DNA from: Mobula hypostoma
Lineage: Eukaryota
DNA length: 64,000 nt
Assembly (NCBI RefSeq): GCF_963921235.1
Contig: NC_086107.1
Location: forward strand, 112,532,001-112,596,000
Reading direction: 5' to 3'
The position numbers and the translations under genes were made by a program. Below the pieces are notes generated by a model, which searched no databases, was not told the origin of the DNA, and worked only from the letters and a program-made list of their open reading frames with translations. Shown in pieces: positions 36,200 through 49,039 of the stretch. The first letter of the stretch is position 1, and each line of letters begins with the position of its first letter.

Positions 36200-36727
36200 T
36201 GATGGACTGGGCCGTATCCTTACAAAAGATGGCGGATACAACCCAGTCCATCACAGGCAAAGCCCTCCTCACCATTGAGCATAGGAGCGTTGTTGCAGAA
36301 AGCAGCATCCATCACCTAGGACCCCCGCCACCCAGGACATGCTCTTTTCTCACTGCTGCCATCAGGAAGAAGGTACAGGAGCCTCAGGACTCAAACCACC
36401 AGGTTCAGGAACAGTTATTAACCCTCAGCCATCAGGCTCTTGAACCAAAGGTAATAACTTCACTTGCCCATCACTGAGATGTTCCCACAAACTATGGACT
36501 CACTTTCAAGGACTCTTCATTTCATGTCTTCAATATTTATTGCTTATTTATTTATTTTTTCCTCTTTCTTTTTGTTGTTGCGCAGTTTGTTGTCTTTCCT
36601 GCTGCATGCGGTCTTTCACTGACTCTGTCGTGTTTCTTGCATTTTCTATGAATGCCCACAAGAAAATGAGTCTCAGGGTTGTACATGGTGATACATATAC
36701 ACTTTGATAATAAATTTACGTTAAACT
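36200..36727 (+). mobile_element. Rex1/Babar 3' fragment
   Basis: QSITGKALLTIEH remnant; tail TCTCAGGGTTGTACATGGTG...TTTGATAATAAATTTAC. Confidence 0.75.
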
Positions 36728-37099
36728 AAGGCCAACATTTGATTCACTTTCCTAAATACTTCCTGTGCTTCCATGCTAACTTCCTGTGTTTCTTGATTTA
36801 ACTTATTTTTCATTCACATTCCAAAGACGCACAGCTAGGGTTAGTGAGTCGTGGACAAGCTATGTTGGCGCCAGAAGCGTGGAGACACTTGCGGGCTGCC
36901 CCGCACAATTCTCACTGATTTGATTTGATGCAAACGATGCATTTCACTGTACGTTTTGATGTTTCAATATGTAGGTGACAAATAAAGCTAATCTTTTTCT
37001 TTAAACAATATTTCAAATCTTTTTTCTCCTTAGATACGGCCCTTATGGGCCAAAAAAACCCTGTCACCACCAATTGACTTCCTAACCCGTACATCTTTT

Positions 37100-37825
37100 A
37101 TATTACATATATATTAATGACTTGGATGAGGGAATTAAATGCAGCATCTCCAAGTTTGCGGATGACACGAAGCTGGGTGGCAGTGTTAGCAGTGAGGAGG
37201 ATGCTAAGAGGATGCAGGGTGACTTGGATAGGTTGGGTGAGTGGGAAAACTCATGGCAGTTGCAATTTAATGTGGATAAATGTGAAGTTATCCACTTTGG
37301 TGGCAAAAATAGGAAAACAGATTATTATCTGAATGGTGGCTGATTAGGAAAAGGGGAGGTACAACGAGACCTGGGTGTCATTATACACCAGTCATTGAAA
37401 GTGGGCATGCAGGTACAACAGGCGGTGAAAAAGGCGAATGGTATGCTGGCATTTATAGCGAGAGGATTCGAGTACAGGCGCAGGGAGGTACTACTGCAGT
37501 TGTACAATGCCTTGGTGAGACCACACCTGGAGTATTGTGTGCAGTTTTGGTCCCCTAATCTGAGGAAAGACATCCTTGCCATAGAGGGAGTACAAAGAAG
37601 GTTCACCAGATTGATTCCTGGGATGGCAGGACTTTCATATGAAGAAAGACTGGATGAACTGGGCTTGTACTCGTTGGAATTTAGAAGATTGAGGGGGGAT
37701 CTGATTGAAATGTATAAGATCCTAAAAGGATTGGACAGGCTAGATGCAGGAAGATTGTTCCCGATGTTGGGGAAGTCCAGAACGAGGGGCCACAGTTTGA
37801 GGATAAAGGGGAAGCCTTTTAGGAC
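37100..37825 (+). mobile_element. CR1 ORF2 RT C-terminal fragment, little diverged
   Basis: ISKFADDTKLGG...WQLQFNVDKCEVIHFG; LYNALVRPHLEYCVQFWSP...RGDLIEMYKILKG. Confidence 0.9.
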
Positions 37826-37995
37826 CCCCCCCCAAAAGCACTATGCTTGGGTCCCATGACCTCCAGACCCCTTTGAGTAGCCACATTTTGTAGTACAACT
37901 CTGTGTGAATAATTATTCTTCCTTCCAAAGTGAATAACCTCACAAGCAGTTAACAATCTGCCGGAGGAACTCAGTGGGTCAGGCAGCATCAGAGT

Positions 37996-38577
37996 AAGGG
38001 TGTCCGCCAGAGAAGGCAGGATCTCCCAGTGGCCACACATTTTAATTCCACGTCCCATTCCCATTCTGATGTGTCTATCCACGGCCTCCTCTACTGTAAA
38101 GATGAAGCCACACTCAGGTTGGAGTCCGTCTGGATAGCCTCCAACCTGATGGCATGAACATTGACTTCTCAAACTTCCGCTAATGCCCCACCTCCCCACC
38201 GTACCCCATCTGTTATTTATTTATATACACACATTCTTTTTCTCTCTCTCCTTTTTCTCCCTCTGTCCCTCTCACTATACCACTTGCCCATCCTCTGGGT
38301 TTTTCCCCCCCTTCCCCTTTTCCTTCTCCCTGGGCCTCCTGTCCCATGACCCTCTCGTATCCCTTTTGCCAATCACCTGTCCAGCTCTTGGCTCCATCCC
38401 TCCCCCTCCTGTCTTCTATCATTTCGGATCTCCCTCTCCCCCTCCCACTTTCAAATCTCTTACTAGCTCTTCTTTCAGTTAGTCCTGACGAAGGGTCTCG
38501 GCCCGAAACGTCGACTCTACCTCTTCCTAGAGATGCTGCCTGGCCTGCTGCATTCACCAGCAACTTTGATGTGTGTT
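37996..38577 (+). mobile_element. Young Penelope 3' fragment
   Basis: 10-bp TSD GCATCAGAGT (37986-37995, 38578-38587); closely similar to the arms of 15562-16901. Confidence 0.85.
38481..38516 (+). ncRNA. Minimal hammerhead ribozyme motif (Penelope pLTR)
   Basis: AGTC CTGACGA AGGGTCTCGGCCC GAAA CGTC GACT, fully consensus. Confidence 0.72.
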
Positions 38578-38726
38578 GCATCAGAGTGAGCAAATGAAGA
38601 GATGACGTTCCGGGTCTAGGCAAGCTCATGTCTGCTCATCTTCCAACTTCCTGCGCACTTGTCCAACCAGTCTCTGTGTTCCCCTCACAACTCGTCAGCA
38701 CCCCCCCCCAGTTATATATCAGCAAA

Positions 38727-39215
38727 GGGCAGCACGGTGGCGTCGCGGTTAGTGCGTTGCTTTACAGCGCCAGTGATCTCCGATCAGGCTTCAATTGCTG
38801 CTGCTGCCTGTAAGGAGTTTGTACATTTTCCCCGTGACTGAGTGTGTTTCCTTAGTGACCTGCAGTTTCTTCCCACATTCCCAAGAGAAACTGGGTTAGG
38901 GTTCGTGGGTTGTGGGCAGGTTATGTTGGCAACACCTGCGGGCCGCCCAGCTCAATCCTCACTAACTGATTTGACACAAACGACGCCGTTGACTAACAAG
39001 GGAAAATCTGCAGACGCTGGAAATCTGAGCAACGCACACAAAATGCTGCAGGAACTCAGCAGGCCAGGCAGCTTCTGTGGCCTGAAAAGTCGACTGTACT
39101 TTTTTCCATAGATGCCGCCTGCCTGCTGAGTTCCTCCTGCATTTTCTGTGCATTGCAGTACTTTTCACTGTATGTTTTGATGTTGGCAAATAAAGCTAAT
39201 CTTTGATCTTTAAAT
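38727..39215 (+). mobile_element. V-SINE interrupted by a fold-back Penelope terminal element (about 38995-39155)
   Basis: GGGCAGCACGGTGGCGTCGCGGTTAG head and AATAAAGCTAATCTTT tail; inner inverted GGAACTCAGCAGGC / GCCTGCTGAGTTCC. Confidence 0.7.
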
Positions 39216-39347
39216 CTGCCTGTAGAACACTCATCTAAATCCTCACTACAGATTTAATAGACTAATACCTGGAATCGGTTGATTGCTCTATGAGTTGGAC
39301 CAGGCCTCTCAATATTAACTCCAGTTATACCAACTAAATTGAAACAT

Positions 39348-39653
39348 ACAGGATCATGAGGAATGTGGCTTCTGGTTTAAGATGGCACTACAGAAGGTGA
39401 GCAACAGCTCACTGGTAGCTCAAAGGGCAAGAAATCTGACTAAAAACGTAATTAATAACACCACTTCTGAGGTAAATTGTGGTAAACTATCACCACAAAC
39501 ACAGGATCATGAGGAATGTGGCTTCTGGTTTAAGATGGCACTACAGAAGGTGAGCAACAGCTCACTGGTAGCTCAAAGGGCAAGAAATCTGACTAAAAAT
39601 GTAATTAATAACACCACTTCTGAGGTAAATTGTGGTAAACTATCACCACAAAC
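39348..39653 (+). repeat. Tandem duplication, 2 x 153 bp
   Basis: Copies start at 39348 and 39501; the only difference I see is C/T in CTAAAAAC versus CTAAAAAT. Confidence 0.95.
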
Positions 39654-41479
39654 AATGAAGAGGTTAGCGAAGGCGAAGTCGATTGGAGGGATGAGCTGTG
39701 CTGGTGCGTTGGAAAGTCAAAGCCTAACGTGTTAGAGATGGGGTCACAAATGGAGTTGGAGTGAGCGAATCAGAGAGGGGGAGTCGAAGCGGAGGAGTTT
39801 TGATGGTCACCCAACTAACCCGGATACTAGGTTGGATCACTGTAAGCGCCAAGCCGATTTGGAGAGGTCGAGAACAGCTTCGGACGGGGCGGTGAGGTCT
39901 AGGCCCAGAGCATGCCCATGCGAGGCATGATCTGCTATATGGACAATTTAAACGCCGGCCCAGATAGACTGGAAAGGCAGGGTGTTGGAACCGGAGGGGA
40001 GCATCAGGCCAATTTCACATGGAGGCTGTGAGACTGCCCCGGCTGCAAGCTTCGGGGCAATTTGCCCTGCTAATATGATGAACTGAGGCACAGGCTTTGG
40101 GCCTACTCCGGCAGCTCCAGGGATTCAGATCTAAGGACTCAATTTGGTTCGGAACATTGTTGTTCGCTTTTGCTGTTTGCGTGATTTGTTTTTTTTTCTC
40201 TTTCTCTGCGCATTGGGTGTTGATTTTTTTTAATTGGGTTCTTCCAGGTTTCTTGCCTCGTGGCTGCCTGTAAGCAGACAAACCTCAAGGGTATATAATT
40301 TATACATACTTTGATAATAAATGTACTTCAAATTTTTTGAATCTTAACAGGGGGATATAGAAAGGCTGTTTCACGGGGAACCTGGAACTAGGGTAACTGC
40401 TAGGATCTCTGCTTAAAAATAAGAAGTCGTCCATTTAATAAAGTTTAAAGTTCAAAGTAAATTTATCATTAAAGTACAGATATGTCACCATATACAACCC
40501 TGAGATTCATCTTCTTGCAGGAATTCACAGCAAGTACAAGAAACACCATAGAATCAATGAATGACTGCGCCCAACAGAACGAACAAACATCCAATGAGCA
40601 AAAGACAACCGACTGTGCAAATACAAAAAGAAAGAGAAAATAATGATAATAATAATAAATAAATAAGCAATACATATCAAGAACATGAGGTGAAGAGTCA
40701 TTGAAAGTGAACAAACCAATGAGACAAATTATTTCATCTCAGAAGTTTGTGATTCTTTGAAACTCTCCTCCTCTAGGGCACTGGAAGCAGAAAATCTTTG
40801 TACATTAGAGTGTTGGAGTCATACTGCACAATCAGGCCATTCGGTCCATCTTGTCTGTGCTGACTCTCAAGCACCATTCTATGCGCATCTCATTGACCAG
40901 CACTTGGTCCGTAGCTGTAAGTCTGTCAGATTTTTAAGACATAGATAGGTAGATTTTTGAGAAACACGGAAGTGAAAAGTTGCCAGGGGGGTAGTAAGAA
41001 TGCAAAATTGAGGTGGCACCATGATCTTTTTGAATAGCAAAGTCCAGTGGTCACTTCCTGCTCATGCATGAGGATCCCGAACCAAAATGTTGACCACCCA
41101 CGGATGCTGTTTAACCTGCAGCGTTCTTCCTGCAGTTTGATCTTTTGCTCCAGATTCCAGCATCACTTGTGCTCCATTAGAAAGGTCAATGACTAATCAG
41201 CCATGATAGAATGGTGGGGCAAACTCAATGGGCTGAATGGCCTAATTCTGTCCCTGTGTCTTATGGGTTTATGGGTCTAAACCTGCAATGAAGTGGTTTA
41301 ACCCTTCCTTAGATAAAAAAACACCCATACTGTTTGCAAGTGTGATCTCACCAACTGACACATAATCTATCTGTTATTCTATTTCATTCCACCTCACAAA
41401 ATAGTAATAACATTGTATGAGCTTTCTTGACTACTCAGCAGTCCTAAGTACCAGTCATTAGGGAATCATGCATCATGAT

Positions 41480-41980
41480 TCATTGGAGAGGGTCCAGAGG
41501 AAACCATGAGAATTATTCCAGGAGTGAAAGGGTTAATGTGTGAGACGTGTTTGATGGCTCACTAGAGTTCAGAAGAATGGGATGGGATGGGATGGGTGGG
41601 TGGGGGGGGGGAATTCTCAGTAAAACCTGTCGAATATTGGAAGGCCCAGTTAGAGTGGATATTTCTTTTAGTGGGAGAGTCTCAGACTAGAGGCTATACC
41701 CTCAGAATTGAGGGACATCTATTTAGAACAGAGAAGAGGAGGAATTTCTTTGGCCAGAGGGTGGTGAATCTGTGGAATTCATTGCCACAGACTTTATAGA
41801 GGCCAAGGCACTGAGTATATTTAAAATGGAGGTAAACAGGTTCTTAATTAGTCAGGGTACCAACTTTTACAGGGAGAAGGCAGGAGAATGGAGTTGAGAG
41901 GGATAATAAATCAGCCATGATGGAATGGCAGAGCAGACTTGATGAGCTTGAATGGCCTAAATTGCTCCTATGTCTTATCG
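41480..41980 (+). mobile_element. CR1 3' fragment, degenerate
   Basis: TRGYTLRIEGHLFRTEKRRNFFGQRVVNLWNSLPQ plus 3' UTR. Confidence 0.8.
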
Positions 41981-42164
41981 ACTCCCAGATCCCTCTGCAA
42001 ACCCTCATCATCGACACAATATGCTTTTTTAATTTTAATTTTATTTCTCCTGCCTCGCGATGGGATTTGAGCGTCACCTTGTGAGCTTAGCAGTGCGGCA
42101 GTTATTTACTGAGCTAACACCCTGCAGCCTCAGCCAGAGGAGATTCCCAGCGCGTTTGGAACGT

Positions 42165-42377
42165 AACACACACAAAATGCTGGAGGAACTCAGCAGGTCA
42201 GGCAGCGTCCTTGGAGGGAAATAAGCAGTCGACATTTCAGCCCGAGACCCTTCATCGGGACTTATCATGAGGACTGGTGCTGATGAAAAGTCTCGATCCA
42301 GAACGTCGACTGTTTATTCCACTCCATCAACACTGCCTGACCTGACAAGATCCACCAACATTTTGTGTGTGTTGCTT
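42165..42377. mobile_element. Fold-back Penelope terminal element
   Basis: AACACACACAAAATGCTGGAGG...CCAACATTTTGTGTGTGTT inverted arms with two degenerate hammerhead motifs. Confidence 0.75.
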
Positions 42378-43028
42378 GTAATTTTGTATACTTAAATCTC
42401 TCTGTCTCAGCCCCCTCCACTTTAAGGTAAATAAACCCAGCATAAACGCTGGAACACAGTATTCTTCAGTAACTTTTGATATGTAATCTATTTAATTGTC
42501 TTTCCAAATGTATTTTAAATGGAGTAACGCACATAAAATTCTGGAGGAACTCAGCAGGTCAGGCTGCATCTATGGAGGGAAATTATCAGTTGGCAATTCG
42601 GACTGAGGCCCCTTGTCTGGACTCATCATAGGTAGCTGATGCTCTGGTGAATCTCCCCTGCACCCTCTCCAGTGCAGTCACATCTTTCAATAGAATGGTG
42701 AACTGCTGACCCAAAGGTTCTTGGTTAGTAAGGGCTTCAAAGGTTAGGAGGTGAATACAGGATTGTGGAGTTGGGAGGGAAAATAAATCAGCCATGACCT
42801 GGAGCAGTCCTGTTGGGCCAAAGGGTCCAGTTCTGCTCTCATTCTCTTAAACTTCACAGTAAATTTCATTATAAGAGTACACATATGTCACCACATACAA
42901 CCCTGAGCTTCATTTTCCTGTTCAAGAGCCTGATGGTTGTGTGGTAGTAACTGTTCTTGAACCTGGTGGTGCAGGTCCTGAGGCTCCTGTATCTTATATT
43001 CATACAGAACATATGGTTTTATACGTGT

Positions 43029-43311
43029 GGGCACGTGGCCAAGTGGTTAAGGCATTCGACTCGCTAGTTCGAGCCCCAGCCGAGGCAGCGTGTTGTGTCC
43101 TTGAGCAAGGCACTTAACCACACATTGCTCTGCGACGACACTGGTGCCAAGCTGTATCGGCCCTTGCCCTTCCCTTGGACAACATCGGTGTCGTGGAAAG
43201 GGGAGACTTGCAGCATGGGCAACCGCTGGTCTTCCAGACAACCTTGCCCAGGCCTGCGCCCTGGAAACCTTCCAAGGCACAAATCCATGGTCTCACGAGG
43301 TACAGATGCCT
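43029..43311 (+). mobile_element. tRNA-derived SINE with a CORE-like domain
   Basis: A box TGGCCAAGTGG, B box GTTCGAGCC, GTGTCCTTGAGCAAGGCACTTAACC central domain; inverted copy at 49703-50020, head fragment at about 21285-21340. Confidence 0.75.
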
Positions 43312-43484
43312 TAAAAATATGGTTTTATGTTCCAAAGTGACAATAATGATTTGAACTGGCATCCAGATAAAATTATTCCTTAATTCAGTAATCTTAAATT
43401 CTGCAACATTCATCGGGACTGTATACAATGTGAGGGTCTTTAGCAGAGAAGGTGTGGACCATAAGACCATAGGTTTCGCGGGTC

Positions 43485-43785
43485 CACTCAGTGGCCACTT
43501 TACGAGGCACCTCCTGTACCTAATAAAGTGGCCACTGAGTCTATACTTGTGATCTTCTGCTGCTGTAGCCCATCCACTTGAAGGTCCGACGTGTTGTGCA
43601 TTCTTAGATGTTGTTCTGCACACCACTGTTGTAACGCATAGTCATTTGAGTTACTGTCACTTTCCTGTCAGCTTGAACCAGTCTGGCCATTCTCCTCTGA
43701 CCTCCCTCATTAACAACAAATTTTCACCCACAGGACTGCCACTCACTGGATGTTTTTTGTTTCTCGCACCATCCTCAGTATCACT
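43485..43785 (-). mobile_element. Tc1-like derivative, partial, minus strand
   Basis: Reverse complement of the right half of the family; TIR hairpin at 43485-43541. Confidence 0.8.
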
Positions 43786-43883
43786 GAAAACTGATCGCCC
43801 GATCCTTATTGCTGTTTTTGGGAACGTATAGTTTCAGATTCAGATTTAGTTTTCTGTATCACATGTCTGTCAAAACATACAGC

Positions 43884-44944
43884 TCTTTCATACTCACACT
43901 TTCTGCAATACCTTCAAGTTAGACATTTTCTACAAAAATATTTAAGTAATTTCCCTTACATATTGGAGGCTGACCTGTTAGATACTATTATGAGTATGAA
44001 TCCTTTGATTAAGGGTTCTATTGGAAGAATTTATAATTTACTATTACAGTGGGATAAGCATCCTTTGTCTAAGATAAAACAGGATTGGGAAAAGGAACTT
44101 AATTTGACTTTTGTGACGGAGGATTGGATGCGGATATTGAAGTTGGTTAACTCTTCTTCAATTTGTGCTAGCCATTCATTGATTCAATTTAAAATTGTAC
44201 ATCGTTATCATTTGACAAAGGAGAGATTTTCTAAAATCTTTCCTAATGTTGATAGTCATTGTGATAGATGTAAAACTGAGATAGCTACACTGACACATAT
44301 GTTTTGGTCTTGTTCTATATTGGAACAGTTCTGGAAGTCAGTTTTCTCAACAATTTCTAAAGCACTTAAAATTAATTTACAACCTAATAAATTATCTGTG
44401 CTTTTTGGAATGGTTCCTCAGAATGTATTTCTGTGTCTGACCAACATGTTATTGCATTTGTTACATTGATAGCTTGGAGGGCCATTTTGTTTAAGTGGAA
44501 GGATACATCAGCTCCCACTTTGTCACAATGGTTCTCTCAAGTGATGCTATGTCTTAGTTTGGAGAAAATTAGAAGTCAAACCTTTGAACCTTTATTTGAT
44601 TTTGAGAAAAGATGGGGCTCATTTGCTCGTTATTATCATTTGAGTTAATTGATATAATTTTTCCACGATCAAATTGTAAATTTTTTTAGTATATTTTCTT
44701 TTCTTGCTGGCGGTTTGATGTTTATTTTTAGAAGCTTTTTGCATGACGCATGGCTCCGGGGTTGTACACCTAATGGGTTCTCTTTTTTCCTCACTTTTCT
44801 GCTTAGTAGGTTTTTTTTGTTATCACAAAATTTTGTTTTCAATCTTTAAGATGATGGGTTTTTTTGAGGCATTCTAAGTGTTGTTACTTCGATGTACTCA
44901 TGTTATTTTTCCTATATATACAATAAAAAGATTTGAAAAGAAAG
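43884..44944 (+). mobile_element. L1-clade LINE 3' end (ORF2 C-terminal CCHC region, 3' UTR, A-rich tail) inserted into a minus-strand V-SINE
   Basis: IQFKIVHRYHLTKERFSKIFPNVDSHCDRCKTEIATLTHMFWSC; AATAAA and A-rich tail at about 44922-44944; 12-bp TSD AAAACATACAGC (43872-43883, 44945-44956). Confidence 0.9.
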
Positions 44945-45120
44945 AAAACATACAGCGAAATGGGTCGCTTGCGTCAACACCCAAGGATGTGCTGGGGGCA
45001 GCCCGCAGGTGTCACCACGCATTCTGGCGCCAGCGTAGCAGGACGGCGATGTTCAGCAGAACAACACAGAACACAACAAGCAACGAAGCAACAGCAGTGA
45101 AACAAGCCCCCTTCCTCCCT

Positions 45121-45133
45121 CGCACGCACACAC

Positions 45134-45178
<45 letters not shown>
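45121..45178. repeat. (CA)n microsatellite
   Basis: Seen directly. Confidence 0.95.
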
Positions 45179-45179
<1 letters not shown>

Positions 45180-45212
45180 GTGCGGTCTGATAAACCACTG
45201 GGCAGGCCATCA

Positions 45213-46055
45213 TCCATAAGACCATAAGACAATGGAGCAGAGTGAGGCCATTCAGCCCATCGAGTCTGCTCCACCACCCCGGATCCCACTCAACCCCATA
45301 CACCTGCTTTCTTGCCATATCCCTTGATGGCCTGACTGATCAGGAAACGATCAACTTCACCTTAAATATACCCACAGACTTAGCCTCCACCGCAGTCTGT
45401 GGCAGAGCATTCCACAGATTCACTACTCTCTGGCTAAAAATATTCCTCCTTATCTCTGTTGTAAAAGGTCTCCCCTCAATTTTGAGGGTGTACCCTCTAG
45501 TTCTGGATTCCCCCTCCACAGGAAACATCCTCTCCACATCCACCCTCTCTAGTCCTTTCAACATTCGGTAGGTTTCATTGAGATCCCCACAAATCCTTCT
45601 GAATTCCAGTGAGTACAGGCCCAAAGCTGCCAAATGCTCCTCGTGTGGTAACCCCTTCATTCCCGGAATCATCTTTGTGAACCTCCTCTGGACTCTCTCT
45701 AATGACAACACTTTCTTTCACAGGCCCAAAACTGTTGACAGTACTTCAAGTGTGGCCTGAGTAGTGTCTTATAAAGACTCAGCATTGTCTCCTTGCTTTT
45801 ATATTCTATTCCCCTTGAAATAAACGGCAACATTGCTTTTGCCTTCTTCATCACAGACTCAGCCCGTAAATTAACCTTTTGGGAGTCATGCACGAGGACT
45901 CCTAAGTCACTCATCACCTCTGATGTTTGAGCCTTCTCCCCATTTAGTTAATAGTCTGCACTATTGTTCCTTTTACCAAAATGCATTATCATACATTTCC
46001 CAACACTGCATTCCATCTGCCACATTTTTGCCCATTCTTCCAATTTGTCCTTGTC
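45213..46055 (-). mobile_element. CR1 3' fragment
   Basis: DLGVLVHDSQKV...LYKTLLRPHLKYC; LERVQRRFTKMIPG...FSQRVVNLWNALP; (CATAAGAC)n tail. Confidence 0.9.
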
Positions 46056-47885
46056 CTCCTCGGCCTCCAGCGGACTCATAGAGTCATGAAATCACAAACA
46101 TATTGTATGTGAATTGGTCCCTTGGTCTCCTACATTGTGGCAATGCGCATAATTCAAAAATATTACCCTGGCTGCAAAGAGGACAGCTGTGCGATCGTAA
46201 AGAGTGCATCGTAAAAGCTGATTGTTCTATTTAGTGTTTACAAGGCTCTCAGTCTTGCCTCGATGCAGTCCTGGAGGCTGGATGGCGGACAGAGGCAGAT
46301 TTGTTCTGCCAGTCAGGCAAAGCGAGTGCCAGCAGTTCAACATTCATAAGGCACCTCGGGGTGTCTCTGAACAAAGTGAAATGCTGCGATGCTAAGCCAA
46401 CTCTCATCCTCCATAATCAGAAGGTTGGTCTGTGGATAGCTCCACCAAAACCCCTTGTAACTGTGCTGAGTCCTGAACATCCAAGCTCTTCCTTATTTAC
46501 TCCCACTGGGAAAACACTGTCCAGAAGACTAATCCCAGCCAAACCATCTCCATTATGTTCAATCACGTGACAGAATTTCTACCCATTCACTTTCATTGTT
46601 AGAAATACTTTTAAACCTAAGTGTCTTCCATTTATGAATGCTGTTTGGCCAAAGCCATTCACAGAGTCTTAGAGCACTGCAGCACAGAAACAGCCCTTCA
46701 ACCCATCTAGTCCCTGCCGGACTAGACTTCTGCCTACACCCAGAGCAAAATCTGCCATACTTCGCTCATTGATGTACCCATTCAAACTTCTCTTAAACTG
46801 GAGTTCCTCTTCACGCCGTGTTTGGTGCATCAGGCGGTAACCTTGCCATTTCTTCGGCATTCAAAGCCGACTTGCCAGCTCAACGCTCAGCCAGCGTGGA
46901 TGGGAAGCGTGCAGGGAGCCGGCTGGATTCGAACCCGGGACCCCCAGTCGCCTCGATGTGGATGCCACTACACCACCGGGGCATGTTAAATGTTGCACTT
47001 AAACCCGCATCTACAGGCAGCTCATTCTACACCTGCTCAACCCTCTGAGCGAAGAAGACACCCTCAGATTCCTCTTGAATATTTCACTCCTCACTCTAAA
47101 CACCTGACCTCTGATTTTAGTCTCACCCAACCTGAGGGGAAAAAGCCTGTTTGCTTTTACTCTGTCCGTACCCCTCATAATTTTTGTATACCTCTATCAA
47201 ATTTCCCCTCATTCTAATCTGCTCCTAACCTATTCAACCTCTTCCTATAATTCAGGCTTTCAAGTACTGGGAAGATTCTTGTAAATTTTCTCTGCACTTT
47301 TTCAAGCTTATTGATATCTTTGCTGCAGTAAGGTGACCAGAACTGTACACAATAGCCAAATTCAGCCTCACCGTCTTATGTAACTTCAACATAACATCCT
47401 GTACTCAATCCTGTTCACATCCATTTTGTAGACTTCCAGTGGACAGGAAGGTCAGAACCATAGAACCATAGAACACTACAGCACAGAAAACAGGCCATTC
47501 GTTAGAACTAGAGGGATTGAGTTATAGAGAGAAAGGCTGGGAAGGCTAGGACTTTATTGCTTGGAGCACAGGAAACTGAGGGGTGACCTTATAGAGACAT
47601 ACAGAATCATGAAGAGCATACATAAGGTAAACACACAGTATCTTTCCCCAGAAAAAGAAAAAAAAAGACTAGAGGGAACTGGTCTTCATGCAGTAGGTAT
47701 TGCATTTATGAAAGGAGCTGTCAGATGAAGCGGTTGAAGCAGGTACAATAAAAAAAACATTTACAAAGCACTTAGACCAGTTTAGAGAGATATGGGCTAA
47801 CCGTGGAACTAGCTTAGACGGGCATCTTAATTGACATGGATGTGTAAGACCAAAAGCTCTGTTTCCATGATGTATGGCTCTATGA

Positions 47886-48755
47886 CACAAACCCTTCCCA
47901 TTCACAATATTGTGTAGAGTTCCAATGGACCAAACCATTCCCATTCACAGCCACTGTGATGAATCCCAGTGGACAAAATTCTTCCCATTCACAACCATTG
48001 TATGCAGTTCCAATGGACCAAACGATCCCATTCACAAACATTGTGTAGAATTCCAATGAGCCAAACCTTTCCCATTCACAAACATTGTGTAGAATTCCAA
48101 TGGACCAAACCCTTCCCATTCACAACCATTGTATGCAGTTCCAATGGACCAAACCATCCCATTCACAACCATTGTGTAGAATTCCAATGGACCAAACCCT
48201 TCCCATTCACAACCATTGTATGCAGTTCCAATGGACCAAACCATCCCATTCACAACCATTGTATGCAGTTCCAATGGACCAAACCATCCCATTCACAACC
48301 ATTGTGTAGAATTCCAATGGACCAAACCCTTCCCATTCACAACCATTGTATGCAGTTCCAATGGACCAAACCATCCCATTCACAACCATTGTATGCAGTT
48401 CCAATGGACCAAACCATCCCATTCACAACCATTGTGTAGAATTCCAATGGACCAAACCCTTCCCATTCACAACCATTGTATGCAGTTCCAATGGACCAAA
48501 CCATCCCATTCACAACCATTGTATGCAGTTCCAATGGACCAAACCATCCCATTCACAACCATTTTGCAGAATTCCGAATGACCAAACCTTCCTATTCACA
48601 GCCATTGTGTAGAATTCCAATGGACCAAACCATTCCCATTCACAGCCATTGTGTAGAGTTGCAATGGGCCAAACACCTTCCAACCTACATCCATTATGTC
48701 GCATTGCAACAGACCAAAGAGATTCCCGTTCACCTGCACGGAATGGAACTTCAAT
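47886..48755. repeat. Minisatellite of about 18-20 units of 43/44 bp, with three exact 130-bp higher-order repeats (48161-48550)
   Basis: Unit A (43 bp) ATTCACAACCATTGTATGCAGTTCCAATGGACCAAACCATCCC; unit B (44 bp) ATTCACAACCATTGTGTAGAATTCCAATGGACCAAACCCTTCCC; B-A-A starts at 48161, 48291 and 48421. Confidence 0.97.
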
Positions 48756-49039
48756 AAATTAATCATGCTCCAAGAGTACAGGCTTTTATTTTTCTCAGTT
48801 AAATTTTCTCATGTTCACTCACAATGTCATATATGCTCTTTCACCAAATATTGCAAAGTAACCAAATCTAATCAAAGCAATTTTAAAATAAAGATCTAAG
48901 CATTAATCTAAGTTACAAGTCTCTCAGCTGCCATTACCTCCAGAGCAGCAAGCAATCCTTTAACATCTGGACATTCACTTTATCCCAGTAGTCACGGAGA
49001 AAGCAGTTAGAAAATTACATCATCTATCTTATTGATGAA

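Noticed and set aside
39382..39735. 117-aa ORF with an internal repeat
   Set aside because: Results from the 153-bp tandem duplication; no protein-family features or splice support.
43029..43085. tRNA gene
   Set aside because: The A/B boxes run into a SINE body that recurs with a TSD at 49703-50020; I see no complete cloverleaf.
47886..48755. CRISPR-like array of palindromic repeats of about 43 bp
   Set aside because: Units are contiguous with no unique spacers, there are no cas genes, and the context is a vertebrate intron. It is a minisatellite, and its overlapping ORFs are artefacts.
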